A program made the position numbers and the translations under genes. A model generated the notes under the pieces. The model had not been told where the DNA came from, did no database searches, and saw only the letters and a program-made list of their open reading frames with translations. Shown here piece by piece: positions 12,234 to 27,100 of a stretch of DNA of 64,000 bases; within the stretch, counting starts at the first letter, position 1, and every line of letters starts with the position of its first letter. The stretch lies in the NCBI GenBank assembly GCA_051362555.1, contig CM120640.1:55158788-55222787 (forward strand). The letters run 5' to 3'. This DNA comes from Lingula anatina (taxonomy: Eukaryota > Animalia > Brachiopoda).

Positions 12234-15200
12234 AGAAAGAAAATTAAAACATAAATTAAAAAATGATATCAATCAAGCTAGTTTTTCAATATGAGATGTA
12301 TTTGTCCTTAAAATCATTTCTTGTGAGTCAGAGCATGAGAATTAATAGCATGGTTTTCCTTTTATACTGCCTACAGTGGTAGTGCAAAAAAGATGGCTTT
12401 TGTCAATTTTGATAAAATATTACATGTCTTAACAGCATAGTCACCAATGATTTCTTATTTTATACTATAGATAATGTAACTTGGGCTGCAATTTCCTTGT
12501 ACTTCAAAGTAACACACTAAGCATGCCAATATCAAAGTCATATACTGAATAAGCCAATATGAGAAAAAAAAATGCATAACTTCACTCTCAGTCTTTTGTC
12601 CTCAATAATCAGGATTGGACCTTTTAACACATTTTGGCCCCTCTTTTCTTGTCTATTTTTAAGATAACTTCAACAAAAATATCTAATAAAGCTGCTATTC
12701 CAACTTGACCTATATTTTAGTGACATAAATCACTCCAGTAAGATTGAAGATAATACATCACATGGTTTTCCATTAATTGTATTATGCCATTTAACCGTGA
12801 AAAGTGTAAGGTGATGCAGCCTCTAGGACAGACAAAAGTGAGTTCCATTAGATAAATAATGTAGGTCTTAATTGTTAAAGTCAATCATCATTTTGAAATT
12901 TTTACAAAAATTTGCTTAGAAATGCCTATAGTAAGGTTGATTAAGCGTCGCAAAAATGCTCTGCCCACTGGGATAACGAAACAACAAAAATTGAGTAGGC
13001 CTATGATTGACTGCAGGTCTTGGAGAGTTATTTTCTTTTTAGATAGATGGGTTTGATACAGACTGCGGACAGTCTGTATCTTTGGCCCTTTTTCCCTCCA
13101 TCTTTGCTGAAATGTAAATTATATCTTTAAGCTTGAAAATTATATAACATGCATGATTGTCATTCATAGATTTATATCTAACTCTCAGTATTTTTCATTC
13201 GTACTTTGAACATTAATCAAAGTGCAAATGTCAATAAAATGACATTTTCAACCTACATCTATTTGATTCTGTTGTTTTGTGTATGATAACAAAATTTGAC
13301 AGCAAACTAGCCGCGGCGACTCCTCTCAATTCATGCACTCATAAATCACTCCAGTAAGATTGAAGATAATACATCACATGGTTTTCCATTAATTGTATTA
13401 TGCCATTTAACCGTGAAAAGTGTAAGGTGATGCAGCCTCTAGGACAGACAAAAGTGAGTTCCATTAGATAAATAATGTAGGTCTTAATTGTTAAAGTCAA
13501 TCATCATTTTGAAATTTTTACAAAAATTTGCTTTGAAATGGCTAATTTGGGGAGAAGGCAATTATTCTGTTGGGATAAATCTAAATGTCATAATTAAGTT
13601 CCCAATGGATATGTAATCATTCTTACAAACTGCTTACTTTCTTTTGTTTTTGGACTGAAATTGGTGCTCCCCTTGGTATTGGCTTCATTGATAAAACTGG
13701 TGTTGTACACTCCTTGATGGCAAGTCTTATAGGGGTCTTAGGGCTGGACATATTACAAACAGCTGGAGAGAACTTCACCATAGGTGCAGGACGCACCAGA
13801 CCAACTTGCTTTGGTTTTGGATGCTTTAGAAAATCCTCTATATTTTCACCTTCGTCCATCTAAATAAGGATGATTAAATTAAATCTATCAATATCAGTGA
13901 CAAACACTTTGAATTATACATTTTTATATAAAAAACATTTCTTAAGTATAAAATGCCTCACATCCAAAATACGTATACTTGTATATCACCTCTAATTCCA
14001 TAAGTTCTGAGGTTGAGGAATCTGAAGATGATCCTCTATCATCCTCCTCTGAAGCAAAAATAACTTTTCTTTTAGATCCACCACTTCCTGGTTTTACAGA
14101 GCTTTTCTTAGGAGTGAGTGTTGCTGGGACAATCTGAATGCCCTTTAACAAAATAAATAATAATAATAATATAATAACTGGAAAATCAGCAGCACATGGT
14201 GTGAATCTGCTTACATCAGATGAGGAAATGTACATACATGTAATGTATTAATGAAAAAAATGCAGATGAAGAAAAAAAAAACTGCATCATTGTGAACAGC
14301 CATCTACTAAATGGAATAAGTCTTTATATGGAGTATATGATATAATAAATAAATGTTAATGGATAAGCATCAGAACATCAGAATAGCTTAAACGGAGCAT
14401 ATTCTTAGGAAAACATGCCCAACTAATGATATTTTTATCAAAATACACAAATTAGAACCTCCCTTTTAGCTAGGTCTGGGAGTTAATACGCTAAGTGATC
14501 ACGTGGTCCTGTGACGACATACAAGCCACCAGAGGAGAGAGTCAGCTTGTTAAGTAAGCTGTCAAACTGACCTACGATTATCTACCTGTAAGATGACTTT
14601 TCAAACTACTGACAACAATTCATACCCATTCACCTCTCTCACCGGAGGGGTTTATATCCTTGTGTAGCCAGGTGCCTGTCTATTCCATTATTTAACTAGC
14701 TTAATTACAGTTATCCCAACTAGTTTAAAATACTGCATTCGAATGACTTGAAGATATTTTGATCATTCGATACGAGGTCCATGTTATTTGTGAAATTCAA
14801 TTTTATTCAATTTATTAAACCCTACAGCTGATCAGAATAAAATGCAGTAAAAATATAAAGTCATAACAACAACAATACAACTACTACATGTACTACTACT
14901 AATAATAATAACTCATCAGACTGACGTTAATCTTAGCTCCGATGCACATTTTAAAGTACTTTCCTAAGTTGGTTAATTATGAAACATTGTTAAGTGCTAA
15001 CAATTTAATTAGCTTGAAAACACTTGGCTTTGTATAATTTTTGATGTATTTCTGCCTAATCGTTGTAGCAAGGATATTTAAGAATAAAATAAAATTTATC
15101 CGCAATGCCATTAGTTTACAGGTTCTTATATATAATTTATTATTTGTGTCTGTATACCTTCCAGTTTCTACAGAGAGATTATGTGATGGAAGTCTAAATT

Positions 15201-18095
15201 TGACAATAAATTCCTTATATTTCTGTGAAATACACTTTATTTGGTATAACAAATTAGGATTACGAATCATTTTATTACACCTGTTCCCATTCTTTTATTT
15301 TACTTTAATATTACCACTCTTTTTCGAGTTTTTCTTCAACCATGTTTTCTTCAACAGAAGTAATGCCCGGGCATACCGTAGGCATGCTTCAAGATACCCT
15401 GACTGAGAGCAATCACTTTCATGAATGTTCACTACCATGTTTGAGCTCATTTATCTAAATATCAATATTAAACATCATTTAAAAATATCAATAACATTAC
15501 TCCATGAAATAAAAGAGATATATTGAAAAAGTATTAAAGTCCATCAAGAATCCGACAGGTTGAGTTACCTATTATTGCCAGAATTTTTAGTAATTATTAC
15601 CTGGCTTGGGGAGTGCCACAGTGTGTAATGAACAAGTATTACTGTTAACGAGCTCTTGGTCAACTACCAGGTTTTAAAATGCATCAGCAATTAGTAAGCT
15701 TGTCAACTGATTAATTTGAAAGACTGTCAGCTTTTGATATGATCTTAACCACTTGGGGCAACCATAGTCTCGAGCAATACATCTATTGTCACCAAAGTTA
15801 GTAAGAAAGTCACAGAAGATCATCACAGACAAAGAAAGAAGATTATCAAGGAATGCCAGATCCTTTGCTGCTTTTTTGGTGCATCCCACATCAACACACT
15901 GGGGCATAACGGAAACTGCCCAATTCCATTTAACGTAACCTTCCCTCACTTCAGTGTATTCAGTATGTAGCTCAGCTTGTATGTTGTCACAGTACCACGT
16001 GACCTAGATCTGTTACTTCATTACTGCATATTGAGGTGGGGTTATCTAAAATGCTTTTTTTTTCAACTAAAAGATTGTATTTATACTACTTACAGGGTGG
16101 TGATTGATTCAAACGTATCTCTAGTGTACAGATTGAGTGTTGGATCTACAAAATTCCAGAAATGAATTTTAATGAGGCACAAATCCTTTAACTACTATAC
16201 TAAATTCAAATGTACCTTTCGAGGTGTTACGGTGGGCTTTGGAGTTTTTGCCATGTTAGTAACACTATCCACAATTTTTGGAACTTTTGGTGTTTGGGGC
16301 ACCACAGGTATAGATGCATCCATAACTTCAATAAGACTTGGCTCTTTCAGTTTCTCCAACTCTTGTTGTAAATCTTTGATAGTGGTCTGCAAAGTTTGTA
16401 TTTCTGTTTTCTGTAAACCAATGATTGGAAGAGTAAAAAGAACCCCTAAATAACAATTTTTCATATTTCATATGAACTATAATGGGTAATGCAAACATCT
16501 TAACTAAATTTTAATGTGAAACTGAGATCAAAAACACAAATTGTTCACTGATTTTTTTACAATGTTTATACTAAAGACGAAGGATAAAAATATTTAAAAA
16601 AACGTGGGAGATGGGGAACTTTTATGAGAAAATTCTGAATGGTTAGTTTCTAGTGACATCATTCAAATAGATCTACTCCTCATTTGGGACTGCTGTGTTG
16701 AAATGATAAGCAATAAACATGGACAATATGACCAAATATAGAGGTGACAAAAGAAAAAAAAACTTGCAATCTTGTGTAGGAACTGACAGTAAATGTCAGA
16801 GCACTGCAAATGAGTTCGCCTGGGAAAAATGCGCCTGAAGTTTGAAAACAGTTCATATAGCAGAGGTACAGTATGTTGTCGAATAATCATGTACCAGTAT
16901 ATTTGTGAAAACTTGAATACAAATTGAAATTTGCTCTGTAGTTTATAATTTTGTTGTGCAATCATGCCCCCCTTTCTGCACTGATTACATGAAAGATGGA
17001 AGTAAGTAACACAGCTGCTTAAAACAGTGTCAACTGCTCATGATCTGATATATTTTTGTCTTTTGTTGACATGCCTGGAAGATGGCAGTACGGTAAGCTC
17101 CACAGTTGTCAAACCTTTGTATCTTCGGTTACTTTCTCCTGTAAGGTCGGGCATCTGTGAAAAATCATGTCAGCTGCTTTGCTTCCAAACCTTTACTGTA
17201 AACATAGCAGCAATAATATGGTGTTTGTTGTTAAATAATTTCTATGGTCAGATTTTTTTTTCTCTTTTTTAATGTGGAAATCTTCCAATGTTTATGGTTT
17301 AGATCTTAAATTACCATATCAGTCATATTAGTAATATATCCCATTTGTATACAGTGTTTTTTATGTAACACATACTGTTTATAGTTACTGAAAGTTAAAT
17401 TTTGTTAAATTTTGTAAGACAACATGCTTTAAAAAGCATGTTTATAGCTGTCCAGGTGCCTGAGAAAATCAGCAACTGAAAATGATGTTTTTGTCCCCAA
17501 AAATCCCAATATTACGTCACACAATGAACTTGTAGTTGAGTTTCAAGCATAATTAGATGTTTTGAAGATACATTAAATGAATTTTACAGGAAATAAAAAA
17601 TCTAAGCCTTTATTTTAAGATAAAATCTCCAACCTACATCCCTTCCTTAAAGCTGAAAAAAATAAATGAAAAAGTAATGACTTTCAAAATAATTGGTCAG
17701 ACTTTGGGGCACATAATTGATAGTTTTAACTTGTTGTTTGATCTCAGTATACCTTTCATATGGGTACTGTAAAAATTATGCTTACCTTTTCTCTGACATT
17801 ATCTGCTAAGCACTTAATTTCTATTGTCTGTTCTTCAGCTGCCTTCATGAATTTTTGCTATAAAAATAATATGAAATGCCTGTATACAGTCACAACATTT
17901 AATCAATATAATACACACTCCACCCACAGAAAATCTTGATTATGTGAAATATTAATCACAGCTAGTGAGAGGATTCTAACACAAGTCTTCCTACTTTCCA
18001 TTAACAAAGTTTACCTTTTCCTCTTCAACAGCATCCAGTTGCTTCCTGGTATCTTCAAGGGCTTTGTTTATTTCTTTTAAGTCCAACTGTTCCTT

Positions 18096-18192
<97 letters not shown>

Positions 18193-21100
18193 GGAATTAT
18201 TAAAACTTTTTGGATTCTTTTCATAAGATGGGAAATAATTCTTGAAACATAAAAACTTTGACTTAAAGAAATTCTTTATACCATAAAAAAATTCTAAAAC
18301 TGAAGGAGAACTCAGAGATTGTATTATACAAAGTACCTACATTAAGAGCGCATCCATGAGAAAGCCAGACAGATCAGTCAGAAGGCGGCAAGGTGGGGGT
18401 CAGCAGATTTTAATAATTTTTGGTGTGGTAAATCATCAACATAAAAGATATTGTGAGCCACTGGCTTTCTTATTTTGGATCATTAGTTTTAGAGATATGG
18501 GGGCAGATCTTTTATTGGCAATTTTGCCAAAATATAGCATTTTTCAGCTCTTGAAAAGTTATAATTTTAAATATTCTTTTAAAAAATCATGTACATCATA
18601 AGGATTTATTTAGGTAGGCCACATGATAGGTTAAGGAAAGATCTTTAATATCCAGTACAGATTTTTTGAAAAGGCACTGCCATGACCACACAAGGTTGAT
18701 TCTAATAAGGCATGTTTTCCGTATGCTTGATCCCCTCCCCTTCTTTAAATGCACACAACTTCTTTTTTGCAGGTTGTATCCATATAATTTTGGTATGTGC
18801 TGATAGAAAAGGGTTGAAAAATAAATTTTGTAAAATAAAATCTGTGTTAAACCTTGTAAAATAAGAACTATAACAATTTTAAAAAGGGCCTAAAAACGAA
18901 TATTTTTATACTACTTAAATGCTTAACTGTTTCTTCAACTAAATCAATAAGTCAAAACCATGTATAGGTTTGTGAAAAGCCCTTAAAATAATTATGTTTG
19001 CCCTGCAGACGACCTTATGAAGCGAAAATACATTTTTTAAATTTTGTTTATGTTGTAGAAACTAAATGTAAAATAACGATGCTTACTCTGTGACCTATTT
19101 TCAACATGGCGGGTACTAGGATTATCACCGGAGCAACTGTGGAGCAAAGCTCATCGTCTTCACAGTGTTAAAACATAATACTTTCTTAAATTTATGAAGA
19201 ACATGCACTAGAGATGCTTAGATACATCTCGGAAGGATTGGCGTGCACCAGAATATAACAAGAAATGACCATAGCAGCTGATCGGCCTTAGAATGTGCAT
19301 TTTTGGTTGAACCACTTCAGACTGTTGTCAGGCTTGGGTTCCTCAATATATCCATCTCATCAATTTACCTCTGGATGTTTGTTGTAAGGTAAGTGATCAG
19401 TGGTGGCATACATATACTAGAATCAGATACACTAAAAACTCAAACCAGTTTAAATAATAAGTTTGAATATTATTCAGTAATATAAAGAATATAAGCAAAT
19501 TTAAAAGACATACTGGTATATTTCAATTCACAGAGTTTTACTTGATTTCTGTTTCATGGTAAACATGTATGCTGAAAAGAATTAACTGTGTACCTAACTT
19601 ATGAAGTATATTTTTGCATTAAATTCTAGGGCTTTGTTACATGTGTTATCATAAGACAAACAGTTAAAGACTATACTGAGCTTGAAGACAGCTTCATAAG
19701 AAATTTCTTATCCAGAATCAAAGGTATGTAACACACATTCAGTTTCAAGTTTTGGCATTTTAGGGGATGTTACTTGTGCCAGTTTTTTATATTTTAGTTT
19801 TATATTCACTATGCAGATTTATGTGTGTTTACAATGAAGTTGAAGTTAACTGCCTGTGCTTCAATTTTCAAGACTTACATATTACACAGGGCACTTGTAA
19901 CTAAAGGTACTTTAGTAAAATCAGGAAAACTTTGCAGTCCATTATGTTGTTCATGTTGCTTTGCAAGGGGGCGTGCCAGACAATTAAGCTGATTACAACG
20001 ACTGAGCCCGAGTGTGATACTCCGCTGAGATAGATTGATCCTGCTCGATAGTTTCTATTCTGAACACAGTAAGCCTCTGTTGTTGTAAAGCATTTATTGA
20101 TGTTATGTTTATTTTTCAGAATTTACATCCTAGGCCTGTATGTGAACCTTGACCTGGACAATCTTACAGACAATAATAGAAAAGTCACCTGAAATTGCAC
20201 AGGCAAATTCATCAGATTCAGATGTGACCACCAACTTTGTAATGCCTGGAACACTTCCACGGAGAAGAAAAAAGGTTTACCTTTTTTTCATTTGTTTCTT
20301 TTTCTATCATGAAATTCTGGTAGCTACAATCATGCATATTTGATTTCCTTTTTTACACTTATGCAATATGTTTGATCAGAATATTATTTAGTAATTGTTC
20401 TTATACAGCAATTAACAGGAGTTTAAAATATGTTAAATACATTTTCTTCTGACAGCCTGTCCTGCCATCTTCAGGTAGACGCAGTAGTGGATATCCTGGC
20501 AAACCTCTATTGGACTTAGAGCCACCTTGGGTCAATCCCCCATAACAAATGTGCATCTTAGGCTTGGTAATCTCAATCAGTTTTGTAGGAAAGGAGGATA
20601 ATTGGCGCCATTGAATTGACAAATATTGACAATTGACAGTTCAGTCACACTAAACTATAGTGGCATGTTGCTTCAAGTTACCACACTTATTCTAAGATTG
20701 CTGAATTATCATTACTGTAGGAGACCCTGGATCTCTCAACCAGAGGAAGAAACTTGGGGACCAATCAGTTATAAGATTAAAATCTGTGGAACACTACCCA
20801 TCACTGTTGTGTTCAGTATATGGAAAAGATGACCGTGATATTGGAACCTTGGAGATTCATAACTTGATTTCACTCCTGTAAAAAGTAACTGCTTTGTTCT
20901 TTTACTGTCCAATTGATAATATGAAAATAAAGTACTCCTCCTGTCATTGTATGTTGCTGACTCTGTTTTAATTTTCTTTATAGAAAAAGAATATAGATAT
21001 CAAGATATCACATGTATTTAAAAAGCCTATGAATCATTTGAAAGGAAAAAAATTGGTTGAAAAATGCAATATAAATCATTTCAAGTGGATTAATTAGTGT

Positions 21101-24100
21101 TGCACTTGAGAAAACCGATAAAATGAGAAAGTCATTCCCTTTTACCTTTAGAAAAATCATTTGTAATTTTTTTCCTCTATTGCTCCCTGAAAATAAGGTA
21201 TATACACAATTCTAATGATACTGGATATGCACAGTAATAACTTATTAAATGGGGGGGGGGGGGGGGGGGTGAATAACTTGTCACTAGTAATTTAAATTTA
21301 TTCAGAAGTTGTATGGCTCTGTTTGAAAAGAATATTATTTGAGCAATCCTGTATTACAGATCTCAAAATAAAAAAAAAACCTGCAAAAATGGGCCTCTTG
21401 ATTATTTTGAGGAATTGGGGTAACTGTATTTTGGGGCAGATTTGATGACAGCCATTTTGTAAAAATTGGATAGATTTGCCCTTATCAAAGCATGGTTTGA
21501 ATTCCTGGCTATGAGTCTTTGATTAAATTTGATTATTGGAAGGTATTATCTCAAAATGTACTGATATCTTGATTTCGGCCGTTTGGTTTTCTGCTAAAAT
21601 TGCTAAAGTTTGAGGCACTTTTTCAATATCTTCTGTTGTGTTTAACACACTTTTTGAATTTTGTATGATTAGACCAATATATGCTTAGGATCCCTATAAA
21701 ATTTTATGGCTGTCAAGCCTGCAAAAAGAGAGATATGAATGCTTGAACATTGCTTGGTAGAAAAGTGAGTTTGGGGGGTGGGGTCATAAAAATGGGCGTG
21801 GCTCGTTAGTTTGTGGGTTAAACTGAAATTTAGTAACATATTCTCAATGGCAAATGGCTGGTTTAAATAAGTAAATTTTCAATTAATTTTAAAAAGTCAT
21901 CAGTTTTGACGTATTTGCTTATGAAGTGGCTTTATTGACCGAAGCTGAAAATCAAGCCAAAAATGGCCAAAACATAAAATATCATATTATAATTATTTCC
22001 AATGATTTCTTTTGGGATTGTTGCCTTCAATCTTAATATCTCCTATATATGCAACAATATTATGAATTTGGTTGAAATCTGTTGACCCCCACCTTGCCAC
22101 CCTCTGACTGGTCCTATCATGGACACACACTTAAGAATAAAAAGATTATTAAACACAATAAACATTATAACTAGATGGGCTCAGATTTTAAGTGAAGACA
22201 CTTTACCCACTTGATTTATGCCTTCTAGGCTGCGTTCACATGAAAAATCTATTTTCTAAAAATCTATTTGCGATATCTTGTGATCACAGTCTGTGCCCTG
22301 AATACCCCACGGCGTAATTATGGGCAGCGCGAGCCAGTTACTACCAAAGCTGTAATTAATTCTCGGCGCTGCCAGCAAATACGTCTCGGGGTATTCAGGG
22401 CACAGACCGTGATCACAAGATAGTGCATATAGATTTTTCATGTGAACGCAGCCCTAGTCATTGTGTTCTAAAGCTAAGCCAGGTAGAAGTACTTTCAATT
22501 TAAGTTAACATACCTGTTTTTTAGTATCTTGCTGTTTCTGCATCTTCTGCTTGAGCTGTCCTATTTCTTTGTCCTTTTTGGTAATGATTTTTTCATTATC
22601 TTTTTGGTATTTTTCTAAGGTTCCCATCATTTCTTTAAGCTGCCTATCAAAATCCATTTGAGCAACTTTTTTATCTTTAATGGCATCATTTGTTGTCTTC
22701 TTTAGCTCCTCACACTTAAAATCAAGGATATAAAGAGAAAGATTACAAAACATCCACTTTTAATTAATTTTGTGCACTTTTCTCCAATGACACCCTGTCT
22801 CTTATGGAAGTCTGGAAGCAATTAAATCTGAACAGGCAGGGGACATTGAATCCGCAATCTGCAGTTGCTCAGCTTAGCTCTGACATGCTAAACATTTGCT
22901 TCACAACATGTCATGTGGTTAAGAACATGCTCAGTTGTAACCTTAATTGGTTAATAAATATAAAACTCATTTCTGCATGAAGACCCCAGCTTTTAGTTTG
23001 TTGAATGCTCCTAAGTTGTCAGACATCAATCACGATTTCTTCATGCTCAATGAACTTTAAGCAGATGTAATTATTTTCACATTACTTCTAGACTTCCCAC
23101 TTGTCAATCCTGTACTGGAAAAAATAATCAAACAGTCACATGCTTGTATTTTGTCACATTTATAACATAATATGATGAGAGAAAAAAAACTGGTAGATTC
23201 AAAATGCCTGTGTGCACGTGATTGCAGACTGGTCTGGTTATTTGAAAGAGAACGAAATTTACAAACTGAAAGTGAATAACATACTAGAACGTACATTATC
23301 ATTTTCGACTGGAAAGTGTAGAAATGGCACAGAAATTATAACACTTGCCAAAAATTGCAGCATTCGAGCATTTTGAATTAAATTTTCTCTGAACAAATGC
23401 TGGTTGACTCCACTGGGCTTGCGCGCATGAAAGAAACAAAGTGTTTTTTTTTTAATGAAGATAAAAGGCTCAGAGTTAGAAAGAAACAGCAGGGGAATGT
23501 AGCATGGACTATATAGGTATGTGTAGTTGGTTCATGGGTAATCTAATGGCTCTTTCTTTTTAATTTTTATTTTCATTGTGTGTGGACAGAGTTTTAAGAA
23601 AATTTTGCCTTATACATGTATATATGGGGTTTTATAGAAAACTTAAACCCAATGTTGATTTTTTTTTCCTTTTTGAATTAGGATAGCCAACTGTGGTATT
23701 TTAAATTTGTTTTTCTGTGTTTTTTGTTGCATTGAATAATCAAGATGACAGCCTAGATTGAGTACAGTCCATAATTATGGTCAGAGCAACCAACTACCTT
23801 GACTGCAATCAGAGGAATTTGGCAAGGACTTGTTAAGTGTCAGTGCCTGAGTAGTTAAAAGTAAATGATTACCAGCCTTGTAATTACTTGAGATTTCGTA
23901 ACAGGGTCATAGTGGAGAAATGTGCCATAAATTAATGAGAGACACATCTGCGAATATCTACTGAAAAATCACTCTGAAGCCCTGCTAGAGGGTATAGTCT
24001 AGTGTGGTAGCTTTACTTTCATACTGAATATATTGAAAAAAAATTAAAATATCACAAGGAAGTTTTTCATAAAAAAATTAACAAAGACTTACTTCTTGCT

Positions 24101-27100
24101 TCATATTTTCAAATCCTTCTTTCATCCACAGCATCTCTTTTTGAACATTTTCCAAGTCTGCTTTTAACAAAACTTTTTCTTCTTCAGTGGTTTTAATTGC
24201 TTCATTCTTTTTTGCAATTTCTCCTTCAAATGTGCTATTGAGTTTGGTTTGTGTGGTCAGCTTAGATTTCAGATTTTTTATCTAAAGTTATAAATTTACA
24301 CTTTTTTTTATGACAGGGAGAAAGGGAAGTTTTTATTAAGCATAAGGTTTAAGTAATCCAACTATCTAAGAAGGACATTAAGTGATAAATTAGAGGTGTA
24401 CTGACAAAGATCACAAAATGTACAATATACAGATTGGAATATATAGGAACTGTTTACTTCTTGATTGTGGGTTTAGCATTTTAAACGACATAGACAATTT
24501 CAGTCAATACATATGGTACTTTATAAAATAAATCTGTACTCTACCAGTAAGTAAAAAATAAATAAATAGTTATATACTGACAAAGATTATACATATACCT
24601 CTTTCTCTAGTTCTTTTATATGTTTGTTTTTCTTGACAAGATCATCTCGAGAAGACTTGAGCCTTGATTCCAAATCTGAAGATTCTTTTGATCTGTTGTC
24701 TAGTGCTGACTCAAGCTCATCACTCTGTATGATGTATTTTAAAACAATATCAATATCCAAAGAATTTTGGCAAATTTAAACACAATGTAGAACAGGTCAA
24801 ATCAGTACAAGAATGCATACTGTACATTCATTAATCTTATAATAGATTTTAGAAATACAATTAAGCAGAACAAAAGCAATTAAGCTAAGGAAAGTGGAAT
24901 GGCCGTCTACCATATACCATTTTTGCTGTCTCATCCTTAATCTTCATTATTTCTTCATTCTTCTCTTCTACTGCCTTTTTAAGAGTTTCATTCATGCTCC
25001 TACCAAAACAATAATAGCAAACTTAATTAGCATTTTCAAGTATAATATTCCTGCTTAAAAATTTACCTGATACATTTGTTGACTTTTCAGTTATTTTTCT
25101 TTTACTTATCCAATTTTGTCTTGTTATTTGATCTAATATGCCACAATCAACAATGAATCGTATTCTCATTACTGAGAAATTCCCTGCCAAATCCAGTTTT
25201 CCTTTCCACAAAGTATTGATCACCCCTTGCCTTGGCTTGGATTTAATGCTATGTTTTCCAAGTCACTGTTGCACTGGTTTGGTTTAAAAAGTCATTCCCG
25301 ACACAAAGATTTCACAAACATTGGAATAGATATCTTGAATTATGTCCATTCATACACTACCATATTTCTTTGTTTTCTTCAATGGTTTTAAGCAGATCAT
25401 TCTCAATTCCTGTTGCCTTCCTTGCATTCTTCTAAAACAGAGAATTCATATTGTCTTGAATATTTGATTACCTGTCAAGTGTACCCATTTAAGATTGTAC
25501 ATTCTATAGAAAAAGACTTCATTTGACAAAATTGCAAAGGCAAGACAGCATAATGCAATGCAGTCATAACTTAATGCATGGTAATGTATCTTAGGCCACA
25601 TTCACAACAGGGGACAAAGAAGTCCTTGGATCAAATATGGTGTGCTATATTTAAAAGCTTGTCGTCTAATCCCCTAATAGACACTGAATAGATTCCCCAA
25701 GGGATTTCACACCAAGCATTCAAGTGGGTCAGCCATATTTGATCTGTGGACTACTTAGTCTTTTGTTGAGAATATGGCCTTATTTATACTTATGTTTTTA
25801 TTGATGATCTAACATACCTCCAAATCCTTCTTCAGATTGGCGATTTCCTTTTTACAACTTGTCAATTCTTTTTCTAGTGACTGCTTTTCCCTTTTCAAAA
25901 CACTTATATGACCTGCTTGTTCACTGTTTTCAGAGCTATCAAAGAAAAGAGTGTACGTAGCTGTCAGCCACATAACAGGCCTGTTTACCTAGGACTTCAG
26001 AGGCATTATGTTAATATTGGATGGTACTTGTCATTGATCTTCCAGAAAAATTTCTGTTCACAATGGATCTTTCATGTCATGTTTAGTTTATTCAGCTCGA
26101 GTATCCAAATTTTTTTTTTTATTATTTTGATGATGCAGTCATCAAAAGGACTACATTCTAATATTTTGGACTATGACTTCAGAGAAAGCTGCAGCATCAA
26201 GATCAAAGCTATGTAGTAAAACTGCAACATGTAAGAATTAATACCCAGAAGTCATTTGTTCCACAAAATTTTATTTAATTACAGCAAACAACAACCAATT
26301 AAGATATTTATAGTTATATCCCTTACCTGGAGGATTCAAGCTGATTTTCCAGTGACTGTATCAGTTTTGAAGAATTTCCTTCTCGTGCCATGCTATCTTT
26401 TAATTCACATTTCACCTTTATCAGTTCTTCCTGTGAATAAAATGGGATAGAAGAGACCTCAAGAGTGTGCTAAGTGAGTTTTATATAAAAGTGAAGGGGA
26501 AAACATCCAAGATTGCTTACCTTCAATTTATGTCTTTCATACTACATGTATATTCAATCAGTGATGTCTGTTATTATGTATTTAAGTACATTGAGAGGGT
26601 TTGTCAGTTACTACATAGTGTTTTTTATTATTTTTATAGAGAAGAGTGCATGTCATTATTTTCTTTACAGAACTAATCAATCCTGGATTCCAACACTTGC
26701 TTTAGGCCACACGCAAATGCAACATTGGGGTCAACAAATGCAAGATACCAATGTGCCAGTCAACAAGGTGATAAAAGAAATGTATCTGATGCCATCTGAT
26801 CACTTTTTATTCTCAAACTCCTCGTTTTCTTTACATCTCAGACACTCCACAAGAAACTGAGGAAAGTGACCATACCTGAGGAAGCAGAACCTGCAACTGG
26901 TGAAAAATGAACTCAAACATGTGAAAAGAGGGTCAACTTCTGATACAGTGACCCAAAGTGATTTAACATCTGAATGTATTGAACATATTGAAAATGACAA
27001 TAAGGCACGGGTTGCATAGTTGACTACTTTTAAAAAGTATTTATACTCATGAGAACTTTGCTGCTATGAGAATTAATGAAGATAAAAAGTCTCATACCAC

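Noticed and set aside
15600-17200. Higher-complexity intronic segments (ORFs 15674-15949 and 16663-16965) as genes
   Set aside because: I could not assign motifs or consistent splice phases; they are probably old retroelement debris.
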